From positions 1 through 64,000 of the forward strand of contig JAAILG010001560.1 in NCBI GenBank assembly GCA_012026655.1: 64,000 nucleotides of DNA, written 5' to 3'. Source of the DNA: Hydrolagus affinis (taxonomy: Eukaryota). The notes below the pieces were generated by a model that was not told where the DNA came from, ran no database searches, and saw only the letters and a program-made list of their open reading frames with translations. Both the position numbers and the translations under genes were made by a program. Shown piece by piece: positions 1 to 15,419 of the stretch (position 1 is the stretch's first letter; every line of letters begins with the position of its first letter).

Positions 1-146
1 CCTTGGATGTTGAGGCTGGCAGCGCCCGATGTGCGGAGGCGCTGGCTTGAGCCGATCAGGAGGGCCTCGGTCTTACTCACATTCAATTGGAGGAAATTGT
101 CCCTCGTCCAGGACTCGATGTCGGACAGACATGCTGTCAGAACATC
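1..146 (-). mobile_element. L2 LINE ORF2 fragment (runs off the window edge)
   Basis: Reverse complement translates DVLTACLSDIESWTRDNFLQLNVSKTEALLIG, typical of the end of the L2 RT domain. Confidence 0.85.
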
Positions 147-2404
147 CTCAAACAGACATTTGAGGACTAAAACTTTATTTACCTTTGACCTTAAATATCC
201 GAAGAACATTTGATGATGAAGTTAAAAAGTTGCTGAATTACACAGAAAAGTAAAATTTGAACTAAATTGGAGGGATTGCATGGATGAATGATGGAGAATA
301 TTAAGATGAAGACAGAACAAAGTGAACAGAACCCTGGGGGAACACAATAGGGACAGCTTACAATTAGAAGAGGTTTAGAACAGACATAACCTATTAATAC
401 TGGAGACTTTTCATTACAAAACAAATATTGCTTGATAATAAAAGTATTTTCCTTTACAACTAATGTTTTAAGCCCTATCAGCATTAATTATCATCACTGA
501 AAACACAACTGTACATTCAGATATGATTAAAGACGTTGGAAGCAACATAATCTCTCCTCTGGATTTAGTGAATACAAAAACATACACACAAAAATGCAGA
601 CCTTGTGAGGTTGCACATTTGGCTGTGTGGATTATATCTTATGTTGTTATAAATATAGTAGTTGTCATAGTGAGGTTGAAACCTTTTGAATTATATTTGC
701 TGCCTTAGACCTGGTTTCTGAAGGAATTCTCCTTTATCATATATCTCTCAATGCCATAGGCAGGAAAAAAAAATATTAGCCTATTGAATATTGTGTAATT
801 ACCGGTATCTGTAATCCCTGTGACAAGTACTCCTGGTATCTGTAACAAGGGGAAGCCTCCTGAGGCCTTCTTCAAATAAAACTGAAAAATAATTCGGAAG
901 AGGGAATGGAATATTCACAGGCATACACACTGGTAATACCTGTAATATACATGGTATATATATCATCTCAATATATACCATAATAGAATTCTGTGAATAA
1001 ATAATGCTAAAGTGAGCAAGTCAATTTTAATTAGATTAAAATTGCACTTCAGGTGACACAGATTTTCTAAAAAGATGCAAATATTTACAGTGTGTTTCTG
1101 TTTCGAATTGTCAGAGTAGTCCAATTTTACATGAAAATCAGCAACCATGGAAGAATTTTTTTTTTTATTTGTATAAATGCACAATTTATCATATTAAGGT
1201 ACATTTTGAAGACATTTTTCGATTAACATGCAATATCAAGGAATGTATATACGTTGCAAAGGTTTTGTTTTTCATTTAAATGGCCACTTGAACACAAGGT
1301 AAGGGCAGATACTGAGTCAAGTTCATATTACATGCATACCTTCTTGTTCATACTTCTCCAATTTACTGTATAATTGTACTTTTAATGTTTTTTTTCAGTG
1401 AGCGAAACACATTTCATTGCCCAGTTGAATTTTTGTCACACATCATCAATAACCTAGGAGGCAGTAAATGACCAGCTCTCAGACCTGCACTAATATTATT
1501 AATGGTGAGGGTGAGGAAGAGGGACTCTTATATGTGGTAATTTCTTTAATCCTCACTTCAATTGACTGAGAAAACCTGCTCCAACAAGATCCAGTTATTG
1601 TATGCTGCTTCCTTGTTAAGGAATCACATCAGTAAAACTTCAGGGCCAGATATCATGACATTTTTCTTTACTAAGAATGTAATTGATGACCGAATCAGAT
1701 TCCTCATTGAATTATTACCCTTCAAACATTTTGATCATCTAATAAATCTGTATAGAACATATTTCTGCTCTTCAAGTAACAATTGATACAGTGGGGGACG
1801 TATTCACTGGGTGATAGCAGATGTGAGTATTTGTTTATTGTGTTTATCAGGCAGTTACTTTCAGCAGACCTTTCCAAAATGTTCAATATTTCAGATGCCT
1901 ATATCCTTTCAGTACTAGCAAGGAAGGGATTTGCTAAGAAGATGAGATCTTGATATGCAGACCTACTGGTAAATCTTAGCATTACTTGCTGTGGCATTAC
2001 ATCTCAAAAATTGCTTGCTGCAATGGGATTATATCACCTGAATGTGAGAGGTTCTTAATGATGTATAGTTCCAGGAACGTTCAAATGCATGCTTAGGAAA
2101 AACATTCATCATAAGATTGCCAAATGTAATAGCCAATACATTATGTCAAATAAAAAGTATTCCTTTGTATGCCCCATTGTATATGTCTCATTGAGGATGA
2201 TTAAATTCAGGCTGAAAAGAAATTATTGATCATATTAACAGCTGGTAAGGAGATACTGTACATCATTTACCATTAGGTAAGGTGAATAATCTTACCTTAG
2301 CTGCAGAGCTCTGAAGAATAAGCATTTATTTCTTAACAGTAGCTAAGCATATCTAGTTCCAAATCATCAAGTATGCAAAACCACCACTGTCAATCCCCCA
2401 AATT

Positions 2405-2562
2405 AAACTGGTCACTCACTTCATGGCAGTTTATGGGACATTGCTGTGAGCAAATACAGTTGCTGTACTATGTATACAGTGATAATTATTTTACAGTAAA
2501 GCTGTGAAACGCTTTGAGACATCTCAATTACATGATAAGGCAATATACCAAATTCTAGGATG
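2405..2562 (+). mobile_element. Degenerate SINE 3' half
   Basis: Similar to the 3' part of the full copy at 57864 (gggacattgctgtg...cgctttgagacatctc). Confidence 0.65.
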
Positions 2563-3654
2563 CTTATTAATACCTCCATATACACAAAATATAAATGAAT
2601 AATAACTGGAATTAAGTGTACAATAAATTTAAGTACATAAATTGCTGAGTACCAGTCAATGTTAGAGTTTATCTGGTAAGCTGTGAAAAGATTAATTGGA
2701 TCTCAAAACAGCAAATTAAAAGTTTGAATCATTTGATCCATTATTTTAAAAGTGTAAGCACAATATTTGTACTGTTTATGAATATCAACATAGTGCAAAC
2801 GGATGTCAGTTGAGACATTTAAACTTTAGTGATAAATTAAGTTTGATGATTGAGAGAAACAGAATGTTCTTGTAGAGTGCAGTGGGTGGAAGCAGTTTAT
2901 TTCAGTATGGCGATTTTGCATATTTTTGTATTGTATTGTTATTGAAATAGGGATTGTGTTTTGAAAAGTTTTATTCAAGATTAAAGGACTGAAATGTATT
3001 CAAAAAATGGATTATATTTTCTTCTGAATCATTCGATAAGGATTTCAACCAGCATCTTTTCCAACATACAGCCATTGTGCTATGTTGATTCTACTTCTAT
3101 AGCTGGTTTGGGATTGATGTTTACCCTCTCTACTGTCTTGATTTCACATTCATAGTAAGTGTTGTTTCTTCAGAGAATGAACATTTAGCTTAAGGAGTTC
3201 TTTCACTATTTTCTTCTATAAATGCTTCTGACAAAATTTGAACCATTAAATTGTTTGATAGTAGGCAAGTTCACTATCCATTTCTTTTGTGATAGTTTTT
3301 CTTTGCTACAAACTATTTGAGCTGACACTCAGCATCTCCAGTCCTTTCACATGCATTTCAATGGAAATTTACCATTCCATGACCATGAAAAGGTAAATGA
3401 AGGTAATGATCATTTCCAAGAAAATGGGTATTTCTTAATCACAATTGTTTTTGAACCTCTTTCTTCCTGTTCGCTATAATTATTTGGTTAGTAGCATTGC
3501 CTTTTGATGCCACAGGAGCAAATCATATTTGTTGAAATATGTCATGTCATTCAAATGTGTGAAAGCATTTCTGAAGACTTACTGTAAAGCAACTCCGTAT
3601 TTGTAAGCGAAAGCAAATTTGCACTGTGAAGTGAATGATCAATTTTATCTGGAG

Positions 3655-3877
3655 GATTATTGGCTAGGACACTCCACTCTCTTTGCAAGTAGTGCCATGG
3701 GATTTCTAACACCCACCAGAATAGGCAGATGTTTCATCCAGAGGACAGCATCTGTGACAATGCAGCGCTCCTTCAACACTACACCATGGAATGTCAGCAA
3801 AGTGTCCTGACGTGGATCTTGAACCCCCAACCTTCAGACTCAGAAACGAGATTACTGCTACATGGGCAAAGCTGATA
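3655..3877 (-). mobile_element. Deu-domain (SacSINE/AmnSINE-like) tRNA SINE, 5' part
   Basis: agtgccatgggat...tttcatccagaggacagcatctgtgacaatgcagc...cttgaacccccaaccttcagactcaga. Confidence 0.75.
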
Positions 3878-3899
3878 AATGTAATTAGATAACTGTAAC

Positions 3900-4097
3900 A
3901 CAATAATAAAAATTGGTCATTTCAATCCACGTCTGTTTGTGGGACACTGCTGTGCGCAATTGGCTGCCGCGTTTCGCCCACAAATATACAGTCAATTCAC
4001 TTTACGATCTATTCTGTGAAGTGTTTTACAGTCTATTCTGTGAGATGTCGACAAGATATGAATAGCGCTGTATCAAATGCAAGGATTATTATAATTC
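3900..4097 (+). mobile_element. tRNA-SINE 3' half with small internal duplication
   Basis: Near-identical to 58020-58195; tctattctgtga occurs twice. Confidence 0.85.
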
Positions 4098-5501
4098 TTT
4101 ACCATCAGACTTCCCTTCTTATAATACCTGTGCCAGTTTTACAAACAATCATAAGAATGCATTGCTGGAGAATAAAAACACATTGTGACCTACTTCACCA
4201 ATCCCAGTTTTATCTTTAATATTTATATATTGTTTTGGGATCACGGCTGAAGGATTAAATTGATTACATCGACACACAATTCCAGGCAGCTGATCTGCAG
4301 TGGATCACTTGAAAGCTGCTGCACAAATATTGTCAAACATCACATGATCAATTGTGGCGATACTATTGGAATATATAGTTCATCTCCAACATAGAGGCTG
4401 TCATACAATAATATGACATATTCTATCTGACAGCATCTACCATCACCTTCCAAAAATACTTGAAAGGCACAGGAGAGGCCAGGCCATTGTGAGTGTGACA
4501 AGAAGAGTGGAAATATCTGGGTTGTAGTACAATTTCAATTGTACCATCACAAATATGACGTCTCAATGATCTGTCAACCAACCTGAATTATTAAACACTT
4601 CAGGATATGAAATACATCCTCTGGAAGTTCAAAGAGAAACAAAGTTTGGTTCATCCTGTGCAGTTCAATTGAAGCCCCCAAAAAAAGAAAAATGAGTGAA
4701 AGCCATTCGGTATTTCAGATTGTAAGAATATAAGCATGGAATTAAAAATCTAATCCAATTTCCTGTGGCCTGTACCGAAACCATTTCATCTCTTCAAGTG
4801 AGGTACTTAGAGGAATTAAAGTTGCACTTGTAACAAGAATGCAGATATCGTCTGATCTTTTGATTCGTGGTCATGCTCAAAACCATGTCTCTGAACTTTT
4901 TGCATCATTCTACAATAGATTTCTCTGCTTGCAGATTGTGCATTTACCAAAGTACATGAGATGTGGTGGAATGAATACAAAGTGATGGTGTCAAAATGCT
5001 GATGTCAGGTTGAATTTCTTTTGGTTTTGCTGTTATGAATCAGTTCAGGACAGTGATCCCAACTAATGTGACATTTCACTACTGAAAATTATGGGTCAGA
5101 TATTTCCTCTAGGTTCAAGGTACTTACCATCAGGTGTAAACCAATATTGGCAAATATTTTAGTCATGGAAGATTTATATGCTTCAATGAATGGTTTTATA
5201 TCACCAACTACAAACACGCAGAGATCCACACTATGAGGCTACTGGATATTTATGTGAATTTAGAATAGCTTTTCAAGGTCAGTATTTGTCAAGAGATTCA
5301 GGTTGTCTGATGCAGCAACAGAGAACAGTGGCAAATTCCCTACCTAAAAACCTTGAATGATTAAAAATGGTTTTAAAATATCCACACATCCCTATATTAT
5401 GCGATATTTTCTCCTTTCTTGGCCTCAAATCTCCAAATACATTCTTCTCATGCATAAACTGTATTACAGCTATTGTTTCCCCAGTATTGCCTCTATTATA
5501 T

Positions 5502-5590
5502 AGTCCCGTAGGTCAGTGGTTAGAGCACTCTCCTTACAAACGTAAGACCTGTGTTCGAATCCAGGCAGGGTGAAACCTTGGGAAATTTCC
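5502..5590 (+). mobile_element. Isolated tRNA-derived SINE head
   Basis: A-box-like taggtcagtgg, B box gttcgaatcc, then the SINE body start gggtgaaaccttggg. Confidence 0.8.
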
Positions 5591-5857
5591 AAGAGAAGCC
5601 TTCAATGTAACATTTCTATACACACTTCACATGAGAAGATACACTAGAGAGCTTAATGCATTTTCAGTTTTATAGTAAATGCCTTTTGTTGTTTTGCCTC
5701 TTATGCATACATGATTAAAGTAAGATTGAAACATGATTTAAAGTGTTTTCACCCCGGAAATTTGATGAGAAATTAACCTAAATACAATTTATCAATAAAT
5801 ATTAACTTTGAATTAGTATTAATTCAGGTGCAAGACTTTCAAATGGAAAACTTGTGT

Positions 5858-6267
5858 ATTCAATTCAAGATCCTGGTGCTCACATTCAAAGCCCTCCATG
5901 GCCTCGCCCCACCCAATCTCTGTGACCTTCTAATCCTCCTAACCAACCTGCTCACCCCCTCCGCTAAGCAGACTCCGGGCTACTCCATGTCCCCCGACTC
6001 ACCCGCAGGTGAGCCTTCAGCCACAGGGCCCCCAACCGCTGGAACTCCATCCCGCACTCCCTCCACCTCGCCCCCCTTCCTAGCCTCCTTCTTGTCCCAC
6101 ATCAAGACCCTCCTCTTTGCTAGTCCCATCAGTCACCCCAAATCCCCTCCTTTCCCTCCACCCTCCCCATCCCCGATCCCAGCTCAGGTGTGAAACAATG
6201 TCCAGCGCCTCGGGACGTCCTCCTGACTTGAAAGGTACTACATCAGTGTAATTTTGTTGTTGTTATG
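5858..6267 (+). mobile_element. L2 LINE 3' end
   Basis: IQFKILVLTFKALHGLAP motif, C-rich 3' UTR, (TTG)n tail. Confidence 0.88.
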
Positions 6268-7756
6268 TATTGCGGCACTTTACAACATACATTCACCAAT
6301 TTGAAAACTAAAAATATAATTAATAGATGAATTCTAAAATGCAATGGTGTTGTTAAGTAAAATTTAACCATTAACTGGATATATTTAGTATGCTGGTGAG
6401 CAATAAAGACTAAATAATAAAACATATATTCAGATAATTTATGCTTAAATTGAACATTTTACATGATGTGCTCTGGGATGCTACCCTGCTTGAGAACCGT
6501 TATATAAATGCTAGTTGTTGATAGAATGAATGGGATTTTTTTGTCAACTGGAATGCAATGCTATCAATTCAAAATGATTGGAAAGAGGTTGATATAAAGT
6601 ACTGCACTCACATTCTGCACAATATTGAAAAAGATATTAAGAAGTGGGCGGGTGTAAGGACAATCTGCTGGAATTCTACAAAAATTGCATCAAATAAGAA
6701 ATGATTTGGCTTATTGGAATTCCAGATCATCTGAAGCAGCTTAGTCCACTGGAATGGTACACAATGGCTATGAATGAGGTGCAATTTAGTTCAATTGAAA
6801 TTCTATATAATGGAAAGATACTTGATTCATACAGTTGTGGTGAAGTAGTTCATTTGGATTCTTTAATGGGATAGGAATAAGGAATTACAGTACTTGGTTC
6901 ATTTGGATTCTATACAGAGGAAGGTGAATGATAAGTGCTTTATCCATAGGATGCATTTGAATCAGAATTATATTTGGATATCCATTTGTGTGAATTGAAT
7001 TGACTATATATGAATAGTGAATTGAATTGACTATATATTTTGTGGGCGAAACACTGTTTGTTTGTTTGTTTCTTTATTTATTTATTATTCATAGCATAGA
7101 ATTAATTTGGAATCAATTATTTATTATTAGTATAACAGAATTATCTATTTAAATAGTAGTTGAAGCAAAGGGAATTTATATGGGAATTATTTTAAGAAAA
7201 ATCTAAAGGGTCACAGGAAAAAAACAGAAATGCAGGACTAAATCAATAGCTTTCACTGGTGCAATTAGTTGAATGGTCTCCTTCTGTAATGTACAATTGT
7301 CTTCCAGAGAATATTTCATTACAACCTTTTAGGACATTGGCCATAACCAGATACGAATTCTACGAACAGCTGAGAGAGAGACCTTCCAATTTGCAACTGT
7401 CTTCAGAAAAAATGGTTATTTAAAGCCAGAAAAGTCAGAAAATCACAAGGTGGTGGAAAATCATGCTGTTGCAAAGTCTATCAACTTTTGAGTAAGAATC
7501 AGTTTTGCAAAAATATTGGGAGTTATTTAAAAAAACTTAGAATTTATTGGTGAAAATCATGGAGTGAAAATCAAACCATTTAATATAATTTCTATGAAAT
7601 ACATTCATGTTCTGTAGGAGAAAGGCACCATATCTTTTTTAATTTTTGCTTTTGAAAAGCTGTCAGGGATAAGCATTTAAAACCTACCCACTCAATAAAC
7701 AAAATAAAGCTCTTGGTTTGTCTCAAAACTTACCAGTAACTATTGTAGTAAGTATT

Positions 7757-7823
7757 CAGCGCCTTGGGGCGTCCTCCTGACGTGAAAGGCACTCTGTAAA
7801 TGTCATTTTGTTGTTGTTGTTGT
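7757..7823 (+). mobile_element. Short L2 3'-tail insertion
   Basis: cagcgccttggggcgtcctcctgacgtgaaaggcactctgtaaatgt then (ttg)n. Related tails at about 6470, 13525, 15825, 16058, 16155 and 29235. Confidence 0.8.
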
Positions 7824-10800
7824 ATTTATTTATGGGACACAGATAATAATCTTGATTGAGTGTACAATGTCACCTCATCTGAAACTAAAGCAGCCAAATA
7901 CCAGAAATGAAAAATAACATTGGTCACCAACTGAGGTAGTATACTACAGTTTCTCATCTGAAAATAAACTTCTATCTGTGGACTGGGTGGAATTTTAGAA
8001 ATGCAACTATTAATAAAGGAGCACAACAATTTAAAGTACTATTATTTGAAATTATCAAAAACTAAATGACATCAATGGTGTCGATAAAAGATGAGCTATT
8101 AAAAATGTAGAGATTAACGTTTTACATTAATTAATATATTAAATTAATACTTTTCCCCAAAATGTGTTTTGAACCCAGCTATTCCTGGATATCGCGCTTC
8201 TCGCTCCACCATCTGTGGATTGGGCCTTTATCCTTTCTGTCTCCACCCTCTGGAATGCCATCCTGGATTCCCTTCACCTCTCCTCTTTTTCTCCTTCAAA
8301 GATCTTCTCATGACCCTCTTTGACTGTGCCGTTCAGTCATCCTTCCACGTCCCTTGTCCGCCGTTCAGAGGTTCTTTCAGAAAATTAGCTCTTTTATGTG
8401 TTTGGTATTAAACAAGCAGTAGTTTTCTGTGGGTATCGTGTAGAAAAGTCTAGATACCATTTTTTTTTTAAATTGAGTGATGGATAATGTAGGGAGGAAT
8501 TTTTACAATCTTGTGTAAAATATAGCTTAGATACCTCCTTAGGCAGAACTTCATATTATCAGTGCCTGGGTGCCATGGACACTTGAGTGGTTGAAACAGT
8601 TGCCCCATGGACAGAATTTGGTTTGTGAAAATCATCAAACAAACCAAAACAATATCCACTACTGATGTGCTGTTATTTGAATGTATACTGTATTTGTATA
8701 GCCTGCTGGAGACAAAGTGAAAAGGTTCTACATCCCCGTATCCAGATTACCCATTTATGACCTACATATTTTTAAAACTTGAATATTTCAGATTCTGCAT
8801 TAATTCTTTTCTCCTGGTACTCACATGTGACTTTAAATAAAGAAAATGAGAACAGAGAAATGACCTGAGCTACCTTTTTATTAATTTTAAGAAATCATAA
8901 AGAGTAACACTATTAACAAACATTTTCAAATACATTTTTCATAAACCTCACTGGTCATGGTAAATTTGAATTACAACTTTGAATACATCAATATATACAC
9001 CAGTAATTTGTTCTGTATTATGTTATTTGCAATATGACATACCCAACTGTTACAGCAATGAAACACAGTGCTACATGCGCCTTGATTTTATGGTATTAAC
9101 TGCCCCTTGTCCTTTTTATAATTTAACTGATATCAATAATGTCAACCCCGGGCTCCAACAAAAAGAACAAAGTGAAATTTAACTCTAAACAACTGACTGA
9201 AATTTTAAGGATCTACAAACATAAAAATCAGTACTAGTGATATACAATACCAGGTTTCGTGCAACATCACAATACCTCTGGGCTGTAATTCCCTTGTATT
9301 CCAGGAGAGGTACCAACATCCTTTCAATGTGGAGCAATAAGAGTCAGGGGCCAACCAAGCACTTTGGAAGGTTAGCCACACCTCTGTACAAATCCAGCAT
9401 AGTTAAAAATCAGTTTTGAGATTGTGTTGGTCTTCACTTATCTAGAGCTGCGTAGCACATTCTGACCGAATTACTATTAAATTGATGGAATGGTATATTT
9501 AAAAGCCTGTTATATTTTTGTGATGGTAGACCGGAGTCACAGGGTGAGTCATGTTTCTCATCAAGTCTCTGTGTGTAAAAAAACAGATTAGGCAAAGAAT
9601 CTGTTATTTTAAAGACAGTGGATAGAAATCTGAGTTAGGGGTAATAGATTATTTAATTTCAAAATTGAAGGCCTGAAGCCTGCTGCTGGACAAACCAGTT
9701 AATCAAATGGTAATAAAATGAGGCAACAGGAATATAGGGGTGTCCTTCATGAATTTTGCTTGAAGGCTTCAAAAGTAATAATACCCTAGAAAATATTTTA
9801 ACACCAGATCAATACATTGACTGCTGTCATAACCCATGCCGTTTTTAGAGGTTTTAACTACCATAGCAACAACTTATAAAAATAAAATGTTCTTCTTGAA
9901 TTATATCCAATTGGAATACCAAATTTGTTTTTAAAAAAAGGTATCAGAGAGCAATTCGGCAAAAAAAGGAATAGAATTGTGCTTTCAAGGATTCAGAAAA
10001 ATATATTCTAATATGTCATGTCAGACCAATATTTGCAGGTGGTGCAGTCTTGACAATGAAACAGTATTTTTAAATCCCTGAATGCTTGGTTGCTGACTCA
10101 TGCCATGCCTTTGTACGTGGACAGTTCCTGAAACTAAGTTGAAAGGCTGACAAAATAAAAGGTCAAATCATACAGGGAAGTCATTTGCATTTCCTTTTAC
10201 CCATTAGGATTGTACTGTACAGTGCTGTTTAGGTCGAGAAACGAGTTGACAATTTATGCTTTTCAGCTCTGCAACCTGAGAAAAACAAGAAAATAACTGA
10301 ATAATTATAATTTTTTTGTTTTATACAAGTCTTTTGGACGAAAATGTACATCTCAAGTAAACTGCCAAAAAGGCCAGTTTAACTGGAATTAATTAAGGGT
10401 TTCAGTTGCAGTTGTAGATGATGAGTGCTAATATTTCCTCGACCCAAAAGATGGCCAAGTTTCTCTTTTGGCCTTATACTGTAGAAACCTTTCCAACTTT
10501 TGAACAGTATTACCATTGAAATTCATGTATCCCGGGTGCAGCAATTTAAATACTTTGTACAAATTAAAAATAAAATTAATACTCAGCAAAATCTCTGTGG
10601 GGCACTATGCAGTGTTCATTCCATTCAATCGTTTCAATCTGCTTAGTTTTGCACTTGAAATATTTTGATCAGTCGTACTATTTACAGACTTTCCTGCATT
10701 GCCATAAAAGATATCCGAATGAGAAGGAACTTTACATCAATGATATGTCCTTACAGGGTTGTTACAATTTCACCATGGAGTGGTACACACTGTATATTTG

Positions 10801-13800
10801 GGAAAGAAAAAGCTTAACATATACTATATTTCTAACAAAAACCTGCTGAGAAAATTCCTACTATACCACTAAAAATAACGGAATTCTTGAAACTAAAATG
10901 TGCTGACAGACAGTAATGTTTTATAACTTCCATTTCTTCTTGGAAACATTTGTCATGATGCTGGAACAACACCCCAAACATTTCATAGAATAACTCTTCT
11001 TCCCTGCTATGACAATTTCAAGGTGCGCATAATTACTTAATCCATATAAGGCTTCTTCAGGCTTTATTCATTCCCTGAACAATGCAGTACTTAAGTAAAT
11101 GAAGTATGTACATGAAATGATGGAATACATAAGAGTAGCAAGCACAATGTACGTCTGCTAGTTGATTTATAAATCCCTTTCCTCTCGTGGAATTTATAAA
11201 CGTTTATCAAATGCTTGAATTTTCATAAATGCTTTAAAAGCATTTCCTAGGCATCAATATATACCCTCACCGAGTTTCGAGGTGTTTGCATTCTTTCCCA
11301 CTTCATAGCATTCCAATTGTTAAGCCCCATGGCGTATTTTGAAATCAGGTGTGAGAATTTATTTTATCATTTTAGAACTACACTTGTGCAATGCTTTGTT
11401 CTTTACCAGCCCCATCAAATCCCAGACTTTGGCCCATTTGCCTAGATGTACGTCCCCATTAGGAGAGATCTATTGGGGATGAATTCAGATACGTGTATTT
11501 TTATATTTAGCTGGGTTAAACCAGTAATGCATGAAGGAAGTTAATTGGTATGCTTGAAATAAGAGGAAGAAGATGGATTCTCCATGTTTATTGAGACAAG
11601 GTTGAGATAAATTCAAGATTTGTTTCCATTCACAAATGCTTAAGCTTACACTAGTTTACGTAGTAGTTGAGCACAAGCTGCCAGGGAGGTAGCAGACGCA
11701 CTGCAAGCATACATGTGAGAGCGGGGAATTTGAATAGGCTTGTTGGTCAAAACTAAACCATTCCAACACAAAAACAAATTGAAATTTCAACAAAACACAT
11801 TCTCTAAGTTATATAACTGACTGAGATTCTATGAAGGAAATTCACATGATAGCAATATGATTTAACATGAACTTCATCAGTGAAGTAAATCACTATGACA
11901 AAACACAGTGCACCTTGGAAATTAGTCAATGTGAGTGTGCAATTTGTGGTAGGGTTACTGCGGCTTATCATGCTTGTTACTCAGTTCAAACAAATACATG
12001 AGTGTTAGGAACAAAGGAAGTATTAACAATACTTTTATACCACGGAAAGATGCTGTGCAAATCACAAGTGATAGATACAGCCCCAATGTTTTTTTTTGAT
12101 GCATGTAATGTTTTGATCCAGTGGGAAGGACTCTACTTGATGCATGTTAATGAAATAGGTTTTAGTAAGACTCCACAATGCTTAGGGACATGTTGTGGTA
12201 CCCATGACATGAACTGCATGTTAGGTGGTTTAAGAGGATGCAGCGATAAGACTAGGAGTGTCCAGGATTAGCACTGTACCTTGGTGGAGCCATTTGTTTA
12301 GTTCTTTATTTAGACGGTTTATTGTGGATCAAACCCATATTTTATGCATGGAGCAGCTTTTTTATTGTTGATATTCCAGAATGGCTCAATGCAGGTATGG
12401 TGAGGGAGTTGCCATGGTAACATGCAGTGCTTTCAAATGTTCAAAGTGAGCATATAGCCACTTATTTTGGCTGAATTATGATATAATTTGGAACATGTTC
12501 TCCATCAGAAATGTGCCCGTGTTTACTTTAAATCACACGTTTAGGGCTAGTCTGTTTATCTTCTCACATTCCCAGTGACAGTAAATATGAATGCCTACAG
12601 TATTGTGAACAGTACTACTATTCTCTTGTATTCCCATTGTTTATCAGTGGCAATTTCTGTAGAAGGATGTTATGACAGAATAATACATATAGTATTCACG
12701 TGCTAGTGAATAAAATGACCAATGAAATATCTTCCACAAGGCAACTTGAGCTAAATTGAATTTTTCAAACTCATTATTTCCAAAGTCAGCATTAATACAT
12801 GAGCATTTTTGTTTTAAAAACAGGTGTTTTATATATGGGCTTGGGGGAAAAAAACAGTGAACTAGTTTGGATTTCAAAGATATCTGTTAGTTAATTTTAG
12901 TCTGATAAATGCTACAACGAGAATGTTATACAGTAGTTAAGGATCAGGTCAAGTAAGCTTCAAACTTTCCCAATGAAACGATGCTCCAAAAGTGCCAGGC
13001 TGACACATTTTTTTCATGTAGTGGAAACTGGTGCAATCACTTCCTTTAATACTCCTGAAACAATATTTGCATTATCTTATTCTGTGACTTTTAGCCCAAT
13101 GATTTATCTCCTGAATAATGACCTTTTGTCAACATCACTAGAATTTGAATTTTATATTCCCACAATCACATAAAACAAACCAAGATACAGGTGCTCTGTG
13201 TAAACACGTCACTGAATCCATTCATTTTTCAAACAACATTATCAGCATATTTTCAGTTGCATTAAATACATCTGCAGCATGTTAAAAAGTTGTGCCTCTC
13301 GAGTGGGATTTTTTTTCAAGCCTAATGTGCTTCCATTACCCCGGTATACAGGGAAAGAGGAGCAAATCCCTCTTTTGTAGCTGTGACAGCATTGTCGAAT
13401 GTAATGGCAATGCTGCATGAACAGCTGTAAACTTGATTCTGCATTGACTCAAACAATGAAATCTAAGCATAGCCAATAGACATAAATTAAAAAGAAACTA
13501 CTACCTATCCAGTTTCAATACTGTTGGGGACAACCTCCTGACGTAAAAGGTGCTCTATAAATGTAATTTTGTTGTTGTTTGGTGCTGTTCCAAAAATTTG
13601 AACTGTAAAATACCTTGCATTATTGTCAGAATGACTCAGTCTTCGAGAACAGAGCTAAAATGCAGATTATTCATGTATTGGGGTTTGCCATTTGCTGCTT
13701 GATCATGTTCACTGGGCTAGTGAAACAATTCACAATATGTAGTTATGCATTATGAAACGCTTATCTGCCTTTACTGTTGAGAAACATATTTGGAAATAAA

Positions 13801-15419
13801 AGCGTTACTGTTAAAAAACGGTTTGTTGTACGAAAGGGCTAAAGACCCAGAGTTTTACTATTGACCCTTTGTTGCTACACAATAAGACATATAGTATTAG
13901 ATGAGGATTTTTTTTTCCCAAATTGCTCCTGTTCACCATATAATGTAAAAAGGATGTGTATCAACTTCCCAATGTTTTAAAGAGGCCGTTGACACTTTGA
14001 TAAATGGCTTTGTTACTGTTTCATATTGTACCTATGGTACTTGCATTGTCATGAAGGGAAATGTAATTAACCAAGTAATCTCACAATGTTTATACACATT
14101 TTAGTTCCCATTTTAGGTCACAACAAATATACCTCAAGTTTCCTAGATGAAAATGTTAAACCAAAAATCCTGTTCACTGACTAAAGCCATAGGATGTATT
14201 CTATCTCCTTCCTACCCCATTTTCAGCCTTGCAGTCCATGCAAGGAAACTTCACAACAGAAAAAAAACAATACAATAGGATTTCTAGCATGTGACATTGT
14301 ATACAAACAATATAGCTAAGAGCCATGGGGGATACCGTGAAACATAGGCTTTATCACTGCTTAAGGATTTCTGGTGCAGATGCCTGTGGGTTGCTTGACA
14401 CTTTAGTCTGTCAGATCTGTTTGTATCAATTGGGTCAATTTAATCAATCCTTAGGTCAAACTGACTACATACTAGGTTAATAATATCTGAAGTGATGCTC
14501 TCTTGCCCATACTTTGTCCTTTGATCATGTTTCACTAGACTGTAAAAGGTCAGTAACAGTTTTCTATTGGAAACAAAATGCTGTACTGTAATAGGCTCTG
14601 ATATGGTTTGAATGTTTAGAGTTTAAATGAAGTGTAAAACCACTAACTGGTTGACTAACGCAATTGTAGAGATATGAAGCTTCAGTAACATAATACCTCC
14701 CATCACCAAGGTTAGTTCTTGTTTAGGGAGATTATGGTCAGGTGAAAGATAGAATAGTATTTGCATGTTATTTGATGTCTAATACATAAACCTCTTAATT
14801 TTGCATTATTATTTCATGGGTTCATTGATTAGCCATTACTTTAGAACAAGGACTCCTTATTTATATTAATCTCCCATCAATTCTCCCTCCAGCTATTTAT
14901 TTGCAAGTGTGGTTATTCACCTGTATTCAATAACTTGATACAGCATTTAAGTGTTCTCCAACAGAATTTATTCCACAGTTGAGAGACTTCTTTTTTTTGG
15001 GGGGTGGGGGTTGGGGGGAACTACAATTGCTACATTTTTATGGCAGAATGCTACAAGATATGAGATGGGAGTGATGTCTTATGAGGTACTGAGCCTGCTT
15101 TCAAGAACAGGTATTTTGGGCAGCACAGGAGATATCAATGTAAACATGGTCTTTAGTGATGTGTGTCACGTGTCTTTTGTTTGGCTGCAGGTGAGATGAG
15201 GTCTCAAAGCCAGAGTACAAAGCCAGAAACACAGGGTTTGTGCATGCTATACTGAGAAAATGTTCCTTAAATATTGGAGAAAGGACAGCAGACAGAAATG
15301 TCACGAAGACCAAGCAGATGAAGATATGAGACTGGTTTCTTAGTGCCGGTATGATATATTTGGTCATGCAATGAAAGAAGGGCAAACGCCACAGTATTGA
15401 CTCCTATTGTTCTGTAAGT

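Noticed and set aside
5502-5575. tRNA genes (also 57864 and 45840-45907)
   Set aside because: The A/B boxes run into the SINE body and no proper cloverleaf is evident; these are SINE heads.
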